Program-made: the position numbers and the translations under genes | Origin: a virus | Taxonomy: Duplodnaviria > Heunggongvirae > Uroviricota > Caudoviricetes | DNA: 23,762 nucleotides | Virus record (IMG/VR): IMGVR_UViG_2531839524_000007 | Reading direction: 5' to 3' (one strand) | Part shown: positions 1 to 8,639 of the stretch, piece by piece | How the letters are laid out: each line of letters begins with the position of its first letter | How positions within the stretch are numbered: the first letter of the stretch is position 1 | Notes under the pieces: generated by a model | Told to the model about the DNA's origin: nothing | Database searches by the model: none | What the model saw: the letters and a program-made list of their open reading frames with translations, nothing else

Positions 1-1284
1 TTACTTCTTCGCCTCTGCAACCACTTTGCTACCCACGCCGCGGTTATTGTATTCCCACATGCGGTTGTAGTTAGTGTCATTCAGATTGCGCTGTATTTCG
101 TCGCTATCGTCAACGCTGCCGGTATTACCCGCAAACGGACGATTAGAGATCACCGCATCGCCCCACGGTTTAACCGTGTTAAAACCTTCGTTGATGGCGC
201 TATCACGGATCACCACCTGACCGTTGGTATTGGCATCAACATCCAGCGAGCGGCCCAGTTGCGCCACGCCATCACCGGAAGCATTGAAACGGCTGTTTAC
301 GGCGAGGAAACCGTAATAGATGTTGGACAGCGTAGCCGGTGCAAACACATACGCTTCTTGCTGAGTACGTGAGTTCACCACGCGGAATTCGGTGTTATCG
401 AACACCACTGCGCCGCGACCAGAAACGATATCCACATCCCCTTCAATGTAGCTGTTGGTCACCAGCGTACGCGGCTGACGATTCGTTTCCAGACGGTTCT
501 GCACACCGCTGTTGGTGACAAAGAAGGTGTTCTGACGACCGAGAATGTTAACGTTGTTAATCTGTACCTGGTCACCGTCAGTACGCAGTGCCACCGCCGG
601 ATGGTTACCTGCATCTACGCTATCGCCCAGCGTGTTTTCGATGGTCAGATTTTGCAGTTGCAGGCCATTGTTTTGTGACCAGAAGACCGCAGAACACAGA
701 ACACCGATACTGTCGCTGCGTTTGCGCTGGCAGCTATCGTACATATACCACGCTGGTTTACCTGGCATATATTTGCCGCGCGGGTTGACGTCGTGACGCC
801 AGTCGGCAGGGCTCATGCCCCCATCAAGGGAAAGCCCAATCTTCACATCAATCGGTTTTTCACCTGTACCGTACAGAGTAATTCCACCTGGAGCAGCAGG
901 GACATACACCGTTCCCTGATACTCACCAGGCATCACGGCAATATACTGGCGCTTGTTGGTGCGCTTGATAATTGCCGCATCTACCGCCGCCTGAATCGTG
1001 GTATGCGTTACACCTTGAGTACCCGCCGGGCCGACAACAAAGTCAGGTTGCGCAGGCAGGGTTATCGGGGACGGATTCCACGCTGCAGCACCTGGTGTCA
1101 GGGATGCATAATAGTGTTGAGCATCGAAATTCTGCGCTTCTTTTGCCGACAGAATCGGGCGAGAAGAGGTACCAGGCGCAGTTTGATCAGAAGGACGTTG
1201 ATCGGGTGGTGTTGAGCTACAGGCGGTCAGCGTCACGCCAAAAGCCAATGCCAGCGCCAGACGGGAAACTGAAAATGTGTTCAC
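1..1284 (-). CDS. ybhC: YbhC-type outer-membrane lipoprotein (pectinesterase-fold); host gene flanking attB-lambda
   Basis: 427-aa ORF; N-terminal lipoprotein signal with lipobox LTAC; recognised from memory as E. coli YbhC, which lies beside the lambda attachment site; its stop codon is the first triplet of the window. Confidence 0.9.
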   Translation of the reverse strand: MNTFSVSRLALALAFGVTLTACSSTPPDQRPSDQTAPGTSSRPILSAKEAQNFDAQHYYASLTPGAAAWNPSPITLPAQPDFVVGPAGTQGVTHTTIQAAVDAAIIKRTNKRQYIAVMPGEYQGTVYVPAAPGGITLYGTGEKPIDVKIGLSLDGGMSPADWRHDVNPRGKYMPGKPAWYMYDSCQRKRSDSIGVLCSAVFWSQNNGLQLQNLTIENTLGDSVDAGNHPAVALRTDGDQVQINNVNILGRQNTFFVTNSGVQNRLETNRQPRTLVTNSYIEGDVDIVSGRGAVVFDNTEFRVVNSRTQQEAYVFAPATLSNIYYGFLAVNSRFNASGDGVAQLGRSLDVDANTNGQVVIRDSAINEGFNTVKPWGDAVISNRPFAGNTGSVDDSDEIQRNLNDTNYNRMWEYNNRGVGSKVVAEAKK

Positions 1285-1323
1285 AGGTTGCTCCGGGCTA
1301 TGAAATAGAAAAATGAATCCGTT

Positions 1324-1420
1324 GAAGCCTGCTTTTTTATACTAAGTTGGCATTATAAAAAAGCATTGCTTATCAATTTGTTGCAACGAACAGGTCACTA
1401 TCAGTCAAAATAAAATCATT
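1324..1420. other. attL: bacterial B arm, 15-bp common core GCTTTTTTATACTAA (1331-1345), phage P' arm with Int arm-type sites
   Basis: Sequence gcttttttatactaagttggcattataaaaaagcattgcttatcaatttgttgcaacgaacaggtcactatcagtcaaaataaaatcatt matches the lambda attP core and P' arm as I recall it; upstream gaagcct matches the attB B arm; lies between ybhC and int. Confidence 0.85.
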
Positions 1421-2489
1421 ATTTGATTTCAATTTTGTCCCACTCCCTGCCTCTGTCATCACGATACTGTGATGCCATGGTGTCCGACTTATGCCCGAGA
1501 AGATGTTGAGCAAACTTATCGCTTATCTGCTTCTCATAGAGTCTTGCAGACAAACTGCGCAACTCGTGAAAGGTAGGCGGATCCCCTTCGAAGGAAAGAC
1601 CTGATGCTTTTCGTGCGCGCATAAAATACCTTGATACTGTGCCGGATGAAAGCGGTTCGCGACGAGTAGATGCAATTATGGTTTCTCCGCCAAGAATCTC
1701 TTTGCATTTATCAAGTGTTTCCTTCATTGATATTCCGAGAGCATCAACATGCAATGCTGTTGGGATGGCAATTTTTACGCCTGTTTTGCTTTGCTCGACA
1801 TAAAGATATCCATCTACGATATCAGACCACTTCATTTCGCATAAATCACCAACTCGTTGCCCGGTAACAACAGCCAGTTCCATTGCAAGTCTGAGCCAAC
1901 ATGGTGATGATTCTGCTGCTTGATAAATTTTCAGGTATTCGTCAGCCGTAAGTCTTGATCTCCTTACCTCTGATTTTGCTGCGCGAGTGGCAGCGACAGG
2001 GTTTGTTGTTATATGGCCTTCAGCTATTGCCTCTCGGAATGCATCGCTCAGTGTTGATCTGATTAACTTGGCTGACGCCGCCTTGCCCTCGTCTATGTAT
2101 CCATTGAGCATTGCCGCAATTTCTTTTGTGGTGATGTCTTCAAGTGGAGCATCAGGCAGACCCCTCCTTATTGCTTTAATTTTGCTCATGTAATTTATGA
2201 GTGTCTTCTGCTTGATTCCTCTGCTGGCCAGGATTTTTTCGTAGCGATCAAGCCATGAATGTAACGTAACGGAATTATCACTGTTGATTCTCGCTGTCAG
2301 AGGCTTGTGTTTGTGTCCTGAAAATAACTCAATGTTGGCCTGTATGGCTTCAGTGATTGCGATTCGCCTGTCTCTGCCTAATCCAAACTCTTTACCCGTC
2401 CTTGGGTCCCTGTAGCAGTAATATCCATTGTTTCTTATATAAAGGTTAGGGGGTAAATCCCGGCGCTCATGACTTCGCCTTCTTCCCAT
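1419..2489 (-). CDS. int: Lambda-type tyrosine integrase
   Basis: 356-aa ORF, same length as lambda Int; N-terminal arm-binding region MGRRRSHERRDLPPNLYIRNNGYY; catalytic-domain motifs HELRSLSARLY and LLGHKSDTMASQY; directly follows the attL P' arm. Confidence 0.95.
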   Translation of the reverse strand: MGRRRSHERRDLPPNLYIRNNGYYCYRDPRTGKEFGLGRDRRIAITEAIQANIELFSGHKHKPLTARINSDNSVTLHSWLDRYEKILASRGIKQKTLINYMSKIKAIRRGLPDAPLEDITTKEIAAMLNGYIDEGKAASAKLIRSTLSDAFREAIAEGHITTNPVAATRAAKSEVRRSRLTADEYLKIYQAAESSPCWLRLAMELAVVTGQRVGDLCEMKWSDIVDGYLYVEQSKTGVKIAIPTALHVDALGISMKETLDKCKEILGGETIIASTRREPLSSGTVSRYFMRARKASGLSFEGDPPTFHELRSLSARLYEKQISDKFAQHLLGHKSDTMASQYRDDRGREWDKIEIK

Positions 2490-2685
2490 TTCTGATCCTC
2501 TTCAAAAGGCTACCTGTTACTGGTCGATTTAAGTCAACCTTTACCGCTGATTCGTGGAACAGATACTCTCTTCCATCCTTAACCGGAGGAGGGAATATCC
2601 TGCACTCGCGTACCCATCGACGAACTGTTTCAAGGCTTCTTGGGCGTCGCTGGCGTGCGTTCCACTCCTGAAGTGTCAAGTACAT
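2467..2685 (-). CDS. xis: Excisionase
   Basis: 72-aa ORF MYLTLQEWNARQRRPRSLETVRRWV... recognised as lambda Xis; overlaps the int start by 23 nt as in lambda. Confidence 0.93.
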   Translation of the reverse strand: MYLTLQEWNARQRRPRSLETVRRWVRECRIFPPPVKDGREYLFHESAVKVDLNRPVTGSLLKRIRNGKKAKS

Positions 2686-2712
2686 CGCAAAGTCTCCGCA
2701 ATTACACGCAAG

Positions 2713-2733
2713 AAAAAACCGCCATCAGGCGGC
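2713..2733 (-). terminator. Candidate intrinsic terminator between orf55 and xis (minus strand)
   Basis: Minus-strand reading gccgcc-tgat-ggcggc hairpin followed by TTTTTT; the stop codon of orf55 lies in the loop. Confidence 0.5.
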
Positions 2734-2892
2734 TTGGTGTTCTTTCAGTTCTTCAATTCGAATATTGGTTACGTCTGCATGTGCTATCTGCGCCCACAGC
2801 ATCCAGTGGTCATAGCAGTCGCTGATGTTCTCGGCTTCGATAACTCTGTTGAATGGTTCTCCATTCCATTCACCTGTGACTCGGAAGTGCAT
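2725..2892 (-). CDS. Small hypothetical protein, 55 aa, equivalent to the lambda ORF immediately left of xis
   Basis: Hand-translated ATG..TGA ORF MHFRVTGEWNGEPFNRVIEAENISDCYDHWMLWAQIAHADVTNIRIEELKEHQAA; below the 60-aa cutoff of the ORF track; size and spacing relative to xis match lambda. Confidence 0.6.
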   Translation of the reverse strand: MHFRVTGEWNGEPFNRVIEAENISDCYDHWMLWAQIAHADVTNIRIEELKEHQAA

Positions 2893-3206
2893 TTATCATC
2901 TCCATAAAACAAACCCCGCCGTAGCGAGTTCAGATAAAAGAAATCCTCGTCAGTGCGAGGATGCTGTTCATTGCTGCTATACACTTTTTTGCTCTCAACG
3001 TAAGCGGTAGCCCATTCTGTTGGGTTGGTGCAGTTGCTTTTAGGAAATGCTATTTACCCCTTAAATGTCGGCTGAAAGAGCTAAAATCCATGCAAAAAAT
3101 TTACGCAATTTTGTGTATTATTGTGCAGTAAGTAATGAGCTATTTTCTGCGCAAAAAATGGATGGTAAATTTGTCCGGGTCAGGAAAAATTTTATGGGCG
3201 CTAAAC

Positions 3207-3737
3207 ATGAAAAAAGATTCGTATCCTTATTTGATTTGCATGACAGTTTCAGGGCTGATCTTTATTTTCCTTTTCTTCTGGTGGCGGGCAGATATCTACA
3301 GGGTCACGTTTCTTAATCAGAGTATATCCCACTATTACATTCTGTTTAGCATGGGAATAGCTTTTCTGTTATCTCTGTTTTGGGTTAAGAAGGGGATAGT
3401 AAAACAAAGAGGCTGGAAGAGTCTGTCAGCATACCTTAAGGTTTATGCAGGGATGTGCATATTTGCAGGATTTTTTCTGATTATACCCCTTACGACACTA
3501 ACTTATTTTTTGCCTGGAGAGACATCGTCTTATGTTGCACCGTATCGGTATACTTCCGGTAGTTCAAAAAGTTGTTCTGGAGCTGAGGTGGATGACCCCG
3601 ATCTACATGAGAATATTCGCATTTGCTATCCGTATGGCAATTATGAGTACGATAATATTATCTATGTTGAAAAGAAAATTAATATATTAGGTGCGGTAGT
3701 GACATATGCACAGACCGCGCGTGATGATACTGAATGA
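3207..3737 (+). CDS. Accessory integral membrane protein (about 3 predicted TM helices plus about 70-aa soluble C-terminal domain); function unknown
   Basis: ORF 3135..3737 on the track; likely start at ATG 3207 (MKKDSYPYLI...) or further upstream; hydrophobic segments LICMTVSGLIFIFLFFWW, YYILFSMGIAFLLSLFWV, YAGMCIFAGFFLIIPLTTLTYFL; visibly AT-rich; opposite strand to the surrounding early-left genes. Confidence 0.6.
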   Translation: MKKDSYPYLICMTVSGLIFIFLFFWWRADIYRVTFLNQSISHYYILFSMGIAFLLSLFWVKKGIVKQRGWKSLSAYLKVYAGMCIFAGFFLIIPLTTLTYFLPGETSSYVAPYRYTSGSSKSCSGAEVDDPDLHENIRICYPYGNYEYDNIIYVEKKINILGAVVTYAQTARDDTE

Positions 3738-3771
3738 TATAGTATATAGCGGGCAAGTTTTAGTTAATTTA

Positions 3772-3795
3772 TCGAGGTAATATAATTTACCTCGA
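3772..3795 (+). terminator. Perfect 9-bp-stem hairpin (tcgaggtaa-tataat-ttacctcga) downstream of the membrane-protein gene; possible bidirectional terminator
   Basis: Inverted repeat read directly; followed by a T-rich stretch on the plus strand; sits between convergent genes. Confidence 0.45.
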
Positions 3796-3947
3796 CTCGT
3801 TTGTTCTGGTATTAATATTTCGCTTTACGACCGATTTTTATCTGATGATATCATGCGGTTTTCATATACTGACTTACTGTCTTTTCTCCGTTAGCGATTT
3901 TCTCCTGCTCAGCGATGATTTTATCTTTGGCTTCTAGTTAATTTCGC

Positions 3948-4169
3948 TCACTTCGAACCTCTCTGTTTACTGATAAGCTCCAGATCCTCCTGGCAACTTG
4001 CACAAGTCCGACAACCCTGAACGACCAGGCGTCTTCGTTCATCTATCGGATCGCCACACTCACAACAATGAGTGGCAGATATAGCCTGGTGGTTCAGGCG
4101 GCGCATTTTTATTGCTGTGTTGCGCTGTAATTCTTCAATTTCTGATGCTGAATCAATGATGTCTGCCAT
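3948..4169 (-). CDS. TraR/DksA-family C4 zinc-finger protein
   Basis: 73-aa ORF with CCECGDPIDERRR...CRTCASCQ four-cysteine motif typical of phage TraR/DksA-like proteins. Confidence 0.75.
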   Translation of the reverse strand: MADIIDSASEIEELQRNTAIKMRRLNHQAISATHCCECGDPIDERRRLVVQGCRTCASCQEDLELISKQRGSK

Positions 4170-4221
4170 CTTCCATTAATCCCTGAATTGTTGGTTAATA
4201 CGCTTGAGGGTGAATGCGAAT

Positions 4222-4246
4222 AATAAAAAAGGAGCCTGTAGCTCCC
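4222..4246 (-). terminator. Candidate intrinsic terminator inside the early-left operon (minus strand)
   Basis: Minus-strand hairpin ggagc-tacag-gctcc followed by TTTTTT. Confidence 0.5.
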
Positions 4247-4267
4247 TGATGATTTTGCTTTTCATGT

Positions 4268-4579
4268 TCATCGTTCCTTAAAGACGCCGTTTAACATGCC
4301 GATTGCCAGGCTTAAATGAGTCGGTGTGAATCCCATCAGCGTTACCGTTTCGCGGTGCTTCTTCAGTACGCTACGGCAAATGTCATCGACGTTTTTATCC
4401 GGAAACTGCTGTCTGGCTTTTTTGATTTCAGAATTAGCCTGACGGGCAATGCTGCGAAGGGCGTTTTCCTGCTGAGGTGTCATTGAACAAGTCCCATGTC
4501 GGCAAGCATAAGCACACAGAATATGAAGCCCGCTGCCAGAAAAATGCATTCCGTGGTTGTCATACCTGGTCTCTCTCAT
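4268..4579 (-). CDS. Hypothetical early-left protein at the lambda orf61 position
   Basis: 103-aa ORF overlapping the next gene by 20 nt, the same overlap as lambda orf61/orf63; real start may be internal (MTPQQENALRS...). Confidence 0.5.
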   Translation of the reverse strand: MRETRYDNHGMHFSGSGLHILCAYACRHGTCSMTPQQENALRSIARQANSEIKKARQQFPDKNVDDICRSVLKKHRETVTLMGFTPTHLSLAIGMLNGVFKER

Positions 4580-4751
4580 CTGCTTCTGCTTTCGCCACCA
4601 TCATTTCCAGCTTTTGTGAAAGGGATGCGGCTAACGTATGAAATTCTTCGTCTGTTTCTACTGGTATTGGCACAAACCTGACTCCAATTTGAGCGAGGCT
4701 ATGTGCCATCTCGATACTCGTTCTTAACTTAACGGGAGATGCTTTGTGCAT
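4560..4751 (-). CDS. Lambda orf63-like small protein
   Basis: 63-aa ORF; length and 28-nt overlap with the following gene match lambda orf63/orf60a. Confidence 0.7.
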   Translation of the reverse strand: MHKASPVKLRTSIEMAHSLAQIGVRFVPIPVETDEEFHTLAASLSQKLEMMVAKAEADERDQV

Positions 4752-4906
4752 ACAGCTCCCCGTTTATTATTTATCTCCTCAGCCAGCCGCTGTGCTTTCA
4801 GGGGATTTCGGATAACAGAAAGGCCGGGAAATACCCAGCCTCGCTTCGTAACGGAGTAGACGAAAGTGATCGTGCCTACGCGGATATTATCGTGAGGATG
4901 TTTCAT
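4724..4906 (-). CDS. Lambda orf60a-like small protein
   Basis: ORF 4724..4912 on the track; start at the second Met (4906) gives 60 aa and the 4-nt overlap with exo seen in lambda. Confidence 0.7.
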   Translation of the reverse strand: MKHPHDNIRVGTITFVYSVTKRGWVFPGLSVIRNPLKAQRLAEEINNKRGAVCTKHLPLS

Positions 4907-5583
4907 CGCCATTGCTCCCCAAATACAAAACCAATTTCAGCCAGTGCCTCGTCCATTTTTTCGATGAACTCCGGCACCATCTCGTCAAAACTCGCCATGT
5001 AATTTTCATCCCGCTCAACCACGACATAATGCAGGCCTTCACGCTTCATTCGTGGGTCATAGTTGGCAAAGTACCAGGCATCTTTTCGCGTCACCCACAT
5101 GCTGTACTGCACCTGGGCCATGTAAGCTGACTTTATGGCCTCGAAACCACCGAGCCGGAATTTCATGAAATCCCGGGAGGTAAACGGGCATTTCAGTTCA
5201 AGGCCGTTGCCGTCACTGCATAAACCATCGGGAGAGCAGGCGGTGCGCATACTTTCGTCGCGATAGATGATCGGGGATTCAGTAACATTCACGCCGGAAG
5301 TAAACTCAAACAGGGCTCTGGCGTCGTTCTCGTACTGTTTTCCCCAGGCCAGCGCCTTAGCATTAACTTCCGGAGCCACACCGGTGCAAACCTCAGCCAG
5401 CAGGGTGTGGAAGTAGGACATTTTCATGTCAGGCCACTTCTTTCCTGAGCGGGGCTTTGCTATCACGTTGTGAACTTCTGAAGCGGTGATGACGCCGAGC
5501 CGTAATTTGTGCCATGCATCATCCCCCTGTTCGACAGCTCTCACGTCGATCCCGGTACGCTGCAGGATAATGTCCGGTGTCAT
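4903..5583 (-). CDS. exo: Lambda exonuclease (Red-alpha)
   Basis: 226-aa [40 protein letters not shown]... recognised as lambda Exo; same length. Confidence 0.95.
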   Translation of the reverse strand: MTPDIILQRTGIDVRAVEQGDDAWHKLRLGVITASEVHNVIAKPRSGKKWPDMKMSYFHTLLAEVCTGVAPEVNAKALAWGKQYENDARALFEFTSGVNVTESPIIYRDESMRTACSPDGLCSDGNGLELKCPFTSRDFMKFRLGGFEAIKSAYMAQVQYSMWVTRKDAWYFANYDPRMKREGLHYVVVERDENYMASFDEMVPEFIEKMDEALAEIGFVFGEQWR

Positions 5584-6365
5584 GCTGCCACCTTCTGCTC
5601 AGTGGCTTTCTGTTTCAGGAATCCAAGAGCTTTCACTGCTTCGGCCTGTGTCAGTTCTGACGATGCGCGAATGTCGCGGCGAAATATCTGGGAACAGAGC
5701 GGCAATAAGTCGTCATCCCATGTTTTATCCAGGGCGATCAGCAGAGTGTTAATCTCCTGCATGGTTTCATCGTTAACCGGAGTGATGTCGCGTTCCGGCT
5801 GACGTTCTGCAGTGTATGCAGTATTTTCGACAATGCGCTCGGCTTCATCCTTGTCATAGATACCAGCAAATCCGAAGGCCAGACGGGCACACTGAATCAT
5901 GGCTTTATGCCGTAACATCCGTTTGGGATGCGACTGCCACGGCCCCGTAATTTCTCTGCCTTCGCGAGTTTTGAATGGTTCGCGGCGGCATTCATCCATC
6001 CATTCGGTAACGCAGATCGGATGATTACGGTCCTTGCGGTAAATCCGGCATGTACAGGATTCATTGTCCTGCTCAAAGTCCATGCCATCAAACTGCTGGT
6101 TTTCATTGATGATGCGGGACCAGCCATCAACGCCCACCACCGGAACGATGCCGTTCTGCTTATCAGGGAAGGCGTAAATTTCTTTCGTCCACGGATTAAG
6201 GCCGTACTGGTTGGCGACGATCAACAATGCGATGAACTGCGCATCGCTGGCATCACCTTTAAATGCCGTCTGGCGAAGAGGGGTGATCAGTTCCTGTGGG
6301 TCGACAGAATCCATGCCGACACGTTCAGCCAGCTTCCCTGCCAGCGTTGCGAGTGCTGTACTCAT
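5580..6365 (-). CDS. bet: Single-strand annealing protein Bet (Red-beta)
   Basis: 261-aa [41 protein letters not shown]... recognised as lambda Bet; 4-nt overlap with exo. Confidence 0.95.
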   Translation of the reverse strand: MSTALATLAGKLAERVGMDSVDPQELITPLRQTAFKGDASDAQFIALLIVANQYGLNPWTKEIYAFPDKQNGIVPVVGVDGWSRIINENQQFDGMDFEQDNESCTCRIYRKDRNHPICVTEWMDECRREPFKTREGREITGPWQSHPKRMLRHKAMIQCARLAFGFAGIYDKDEAERIVENTAYTAERQPERDITPVNDETMQEINTLLIALDKTWDDDLLPLCSQIFRRDIRASSELTQAEAVKALGFLKQKATEQKVAA

Positions 6366-6370
6366 CCGTT

Positions 6371-6667
6371 TTATACCTCTGAATCAATATCAACCTGGTG
6401 GCGGGCAATAGTTTCAACCATGTACCGTATGTGTTCTGCCATGCGTTCCTGAAACTCAACATCGTCATCAAACGCACGGGTAATGGCTTTTTTGCTGGCC
6501 CCGTGGCGTTGCAAATGATCGATGCATAGCGATTCAAACAGGTGCTGGGGCAGGCCTTTTTCCATGTCGTCTGCCAGTTCTGCCTCTTTCTCTTCACGGG
6601 CGATCTGCTGGTAGTGACGCGCCCAGCTCTGAGCCTCAAGACGATCCTGAATGTAATAAGCGTTCAT
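6371..6667 (-). CDS. gam: Gam (RecBCD inhibitor), short form
   Basis: 98-aa [63 protein letters not shown]... recognised as lambda GamS; the upstream in-frame extension is closed by a stop codon. Confidence 0.9.
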   Translation of the reverse strand: MNAYYIQDRLEAQSWARHYQQIAREEKEAELADDMEKGLPQHLFESLCIDHLQRHGASKKAITRAFDDDVEFQERMAEHIRYMVETIARHQVDIDSEV

Positions 6668-6743
6668 GGCTGAACTCCTGAAAATGGCTGTGAAAATATC
6701 GCCCGCGAAATGCCAGGCTGATTAGGAAAACAGGAAAGGGGGG

Positions 6744-6950
6744 TTAGTGATTCAGGCCGTTACCGCGTCCGTCGAGAAAAACTTCCACGAGCAAATCACG
6801 GGTATAAGTGCGCTCGATGCCGCGATGCAGATAAAGCCGTCCGCGTAAATTAGCTGATGCAGTCCAGGTACCATCTTTGTGTTTGACCAGCATTCCTGGC
6901 ATGACCGCACCTCGATTAACGGTCTGCGTTCCGTAATGTTGATGAACCAT
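6744..6950 (-). CDS. Kil-position small protein (possible host cell-division inhibitor); start uncertain
   Basis: ORF 6744..7034 on the track; internal ATG at 6950 is preceded by AGGAG (MVHQHYGTQTVNRGAV...), another at 6902 by GAGGTG; ORF ends where lambda kil ends relative to gam; product assigned by position only. Confidence 0.4.
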   Translation of the reverse strand: MVHQHYGTQTVNRGAVMPGMLVKHKDGTWTASANLRGRLYLHRGIERTYTRDLLVEVFLDGRGNGLNH

Positions 6951-7224
6951 AAAAACTCCTGCCCGTAAGCTGGGCTGCTGAACATATAAAGACTTCTGCG
7001 CGTATTCAGGCGGTGGATGGCCGCCGGTTGTCATAACTAAGCCGCCTCGTTGAAGCGACTAAGGTATGAAATGTTGAGTTAATTTCAGCTGGTCACACCG
7101 ACGTTCACGCGTCCGTTTCACCCCTCGCACTCCCCGAAGCCTGCTGAAATTCAAACTGCGGATCTAAGCGGTCATCGCAACGGTGAATCAGGTAGTTGCC
7201 GTATCGTTGTGTTGTTGCGATGAA

Positions 7225-7290
7225 CTTATTTAAAACTATAGTTGTTTTATCGTCAACAACAAAAGTTGTTTTATTGGTTGTTTTAGATAT
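7225..7290 (-). promoter_or_regulatory. Candidate pL/OL: -35 TTGACG (complement of 7251-7256), -10 TTAAAT (complement of 7228-7233), flanked by AACAAC/GTTGTT operator-like dyads
   Basis: Minus-strand TTGACG, 17-nt spacer, TTAAAT; palindromes AACTATAGTT and AACAAC-aaaa-GTTGTT; the same half-site recurs in the cI-cro intergenic region. Confidence 0.5.
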
Positions 7291-7397
7291 AACTGGTTGT
7301 ATTTAGGATGGATTTATTTTGTGACTTGAATCGCATAGCGATAACTGAAGCGAGGTTATGGTGGTTTTTTTAACGGTGTGTGTGATGAGGGGAGGGC

Positions 7398-7424
7398 AAA
7401 AGAAAACCCGGCACGGTGACCGGG
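7398..7424 (-). terminator. Candidate intrinsic terminator downstream of the repressor gene (tImm-like)
   Basis: Minus-strand hairpin cccgg-tcaccgtg-ccggg followed by TTTTCTTTT. Confidence 0.55.
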
Positions 7425-7545
7425 ATTCTTACGCCGTTAGGTAAAGATATTATTGCGGTGGCTTAATATTACTACCTAGAGCAAAGATAGGAATTAGTTC
7501 TTTACTGAATGAGCACAATGCCCAGTTGATAATTTTTAATTGGTA

Positions 7546-8235
7546 CTACCCATGCTTCCTATATGTCTGCGGCATGCTCCCAATAACCTTACCGAAGATG
7601 AACACCCGGTTCATCTCGTCTTTCTCGATCGGGTCCCACGGTGAGTAGCTTTTGTTATCAGAGATGACCAGCAGCTTATTCTTCATCATTTGCAGGCGCT
7701 TTACATGGGCTGTGTCGTCGTACAGAAACGCATAGATACCATCACCGTCGAAAGATTTAACTGTGATATCAACGAACAGCAGATCACCTGGTTCGATCGT
7801 TCCTGACATGCTGTCACCACGCACGTTAATGATGCGGATATTTTCCGCCTTCCTACCATCGAACATGTGACGAGCATCGTCAAACGAGTACTCAACCGAG
7901 CGTAGAACTTCTACAAACTCACGGTTGATGACTCCCGGCCCAGCACTGACTTCTATATCAAGAACGTCAATCTTGAAGTATTTGGAATGGCTGACAGTTG
8001 ATTGTATTGGTTGCACTGTACTGTCTGACATATTTCCAACGCCAGAAGATAACCATTCTGCGCGCACACCCAAAGCGTTCGCGATCTCCACGATTTTAGT
8101 TGTTTGATTAGCTTTCCCTGTTTCGATTTTCTGAATAGCAGCCTGGCTAACCCCGACCAAATCCCCAAGCGCCTTTTGTGTAAGGCCTCGCGCTAATCTG
8201 GCTTCTTTAAGTCTTTCTGAGAGTGTTGTTTTCAT
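7546..8235 (-). CDS. CI-like prophage repressor (N-terminal HTH, C-terminal S24/LexA-type autopeptidase)
   Basis: ORF 7546..8301 on the track; probable start MKTTLSERLKEARL at 8235; HTH LTQKALGDLVGVSQAAIQKIETG; Ala-Gly cleavage site EVSAGPG; catalytic Ser in VRGDSMSG and Lys in HVKRLQ; not the lambda cI sequence. Confidence 0.9.
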   Translation of the reverse strand: MKTTLSERLKEARLARGLTQKALGDLVGVSQAAIQKIETGKANQTTKIVEIANALGVRAEWLSSGVGNMSDSTVQPIQSTVSHSKYFKIDVLDIEVSAGPGVINREFVEVLRSVEYSFDDARHMFDGRKAENIRIINVRGDSMSGTIEPGDLLFVDITVKSFDGDGIYAFLYDDTAHVKRLQMMKNKLLVISDNKSYSPWDPIEKDEMNRVFIFGKVIGSMPQTYRKHG

Positions 8236-8339
8236 AGTCCAAATGTACAACCAAGGTTTTATTCCATCAAACGAAAATGGTTGTTGACTAAAAACAACCA
8301 TAGTTTTAATCTTGATTCAAATTAACCACGGAGGTTGTT
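8236..8339. promoter_or_regulatory. Divergent OR/pRM/pR region
   Basis: Intergenic region between divergent repressor and cro-like genes; palindrome ATGGTTGTT-N7-AACAACCAT (8277-8301) overlapping candidate pR -35 TTGACT (8284-8289) with a downstream TAATCT-type -10. Confidence 0.6.
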
Positions 8340-8570
8340 ATGAACCCAGCTATCAAAACAGCGATCAATATCGTTGGTTCACAAAAGAAACTGGGCGCTG
8401 CTTGCGAAGTTTCACAGCAGGCCGTCTATAAGTGGCTTCACAACAAAGCAAAGGTATCCCCTGAACATGTCGGCAGCATTGTTACGGCTACTGGTGGAGT
8501 AGTGAAGGCATACCAGATTCGCCCGGATCTTCCGAAGTTGTTTCCACACACCGAAAAGAACGCAGCTTAA
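8340..8570 (+). CDS. Cro-like HTH regulator
   Basis: 76-aa ORF with HTH QKKLGAACEVSQQAVYKWL; GGAGG Shine-Dalgarno; divergent from the repressor. Confidence 0.8.
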   Translation: MNPAIKTAINIVGSQKKLGAACEVSQQAVYKWLHNKAKVSPEHVGSIVTATGGVVKAYQIRPDLPKLFPHTEKNAA

Positions 8571-8582
8571 ATTTCCATTTCA

Positions 8583-8591
8583 CGCTCTTTA
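8583..8591 (+). promoter_or_regulatory. boxA-like motif CGCTCTTTA downstream of cro (nutR position)
   Basis: Matches the boxA consensus of lambdoid nut sites; no obvious GC-rich boxB hairpin follows. Confidence 0.35.
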
Positions 8592-8639
8592 ACAATAAGC
8601 AATCAACTTAACAGTCAATTCAAACTAAAGGAGTCAATT

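Noticed and set aside
545-1316. Plus-strand ORFs of 83, 66, 140 and 114 aa inside ybhC
   Set aside because: Antisense to a recognised host gene occupying the whole interval
2554-3316. Plus-strand ORFs 2554..2907, 2640..2825, 2825..3010 and 3065..3316, and minus-strand ORF 2784..2984
   Set aside because: They overlap xis, orf55 or the membrane-protein ORF in other frames, lack start signals, and several span the terminator hairpin at 2713-2733
5897-6452. Plus- and minus-strand ORFs (174 aa, 77 aa, 66 aa) overlapping bet
   Set aside because: Alternative frames or antisense of a gene recognised with high confidence; no independent start signals
7035-7545. Search for an N antiterminator or cIII gene in the pL-proximal region
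   Set aside because: No minus-strand ORF of 60 aa or more and no arginine-rich N-like start on hand translation; the only ATG near the leader start (atgaccgcttag) stops after three codons
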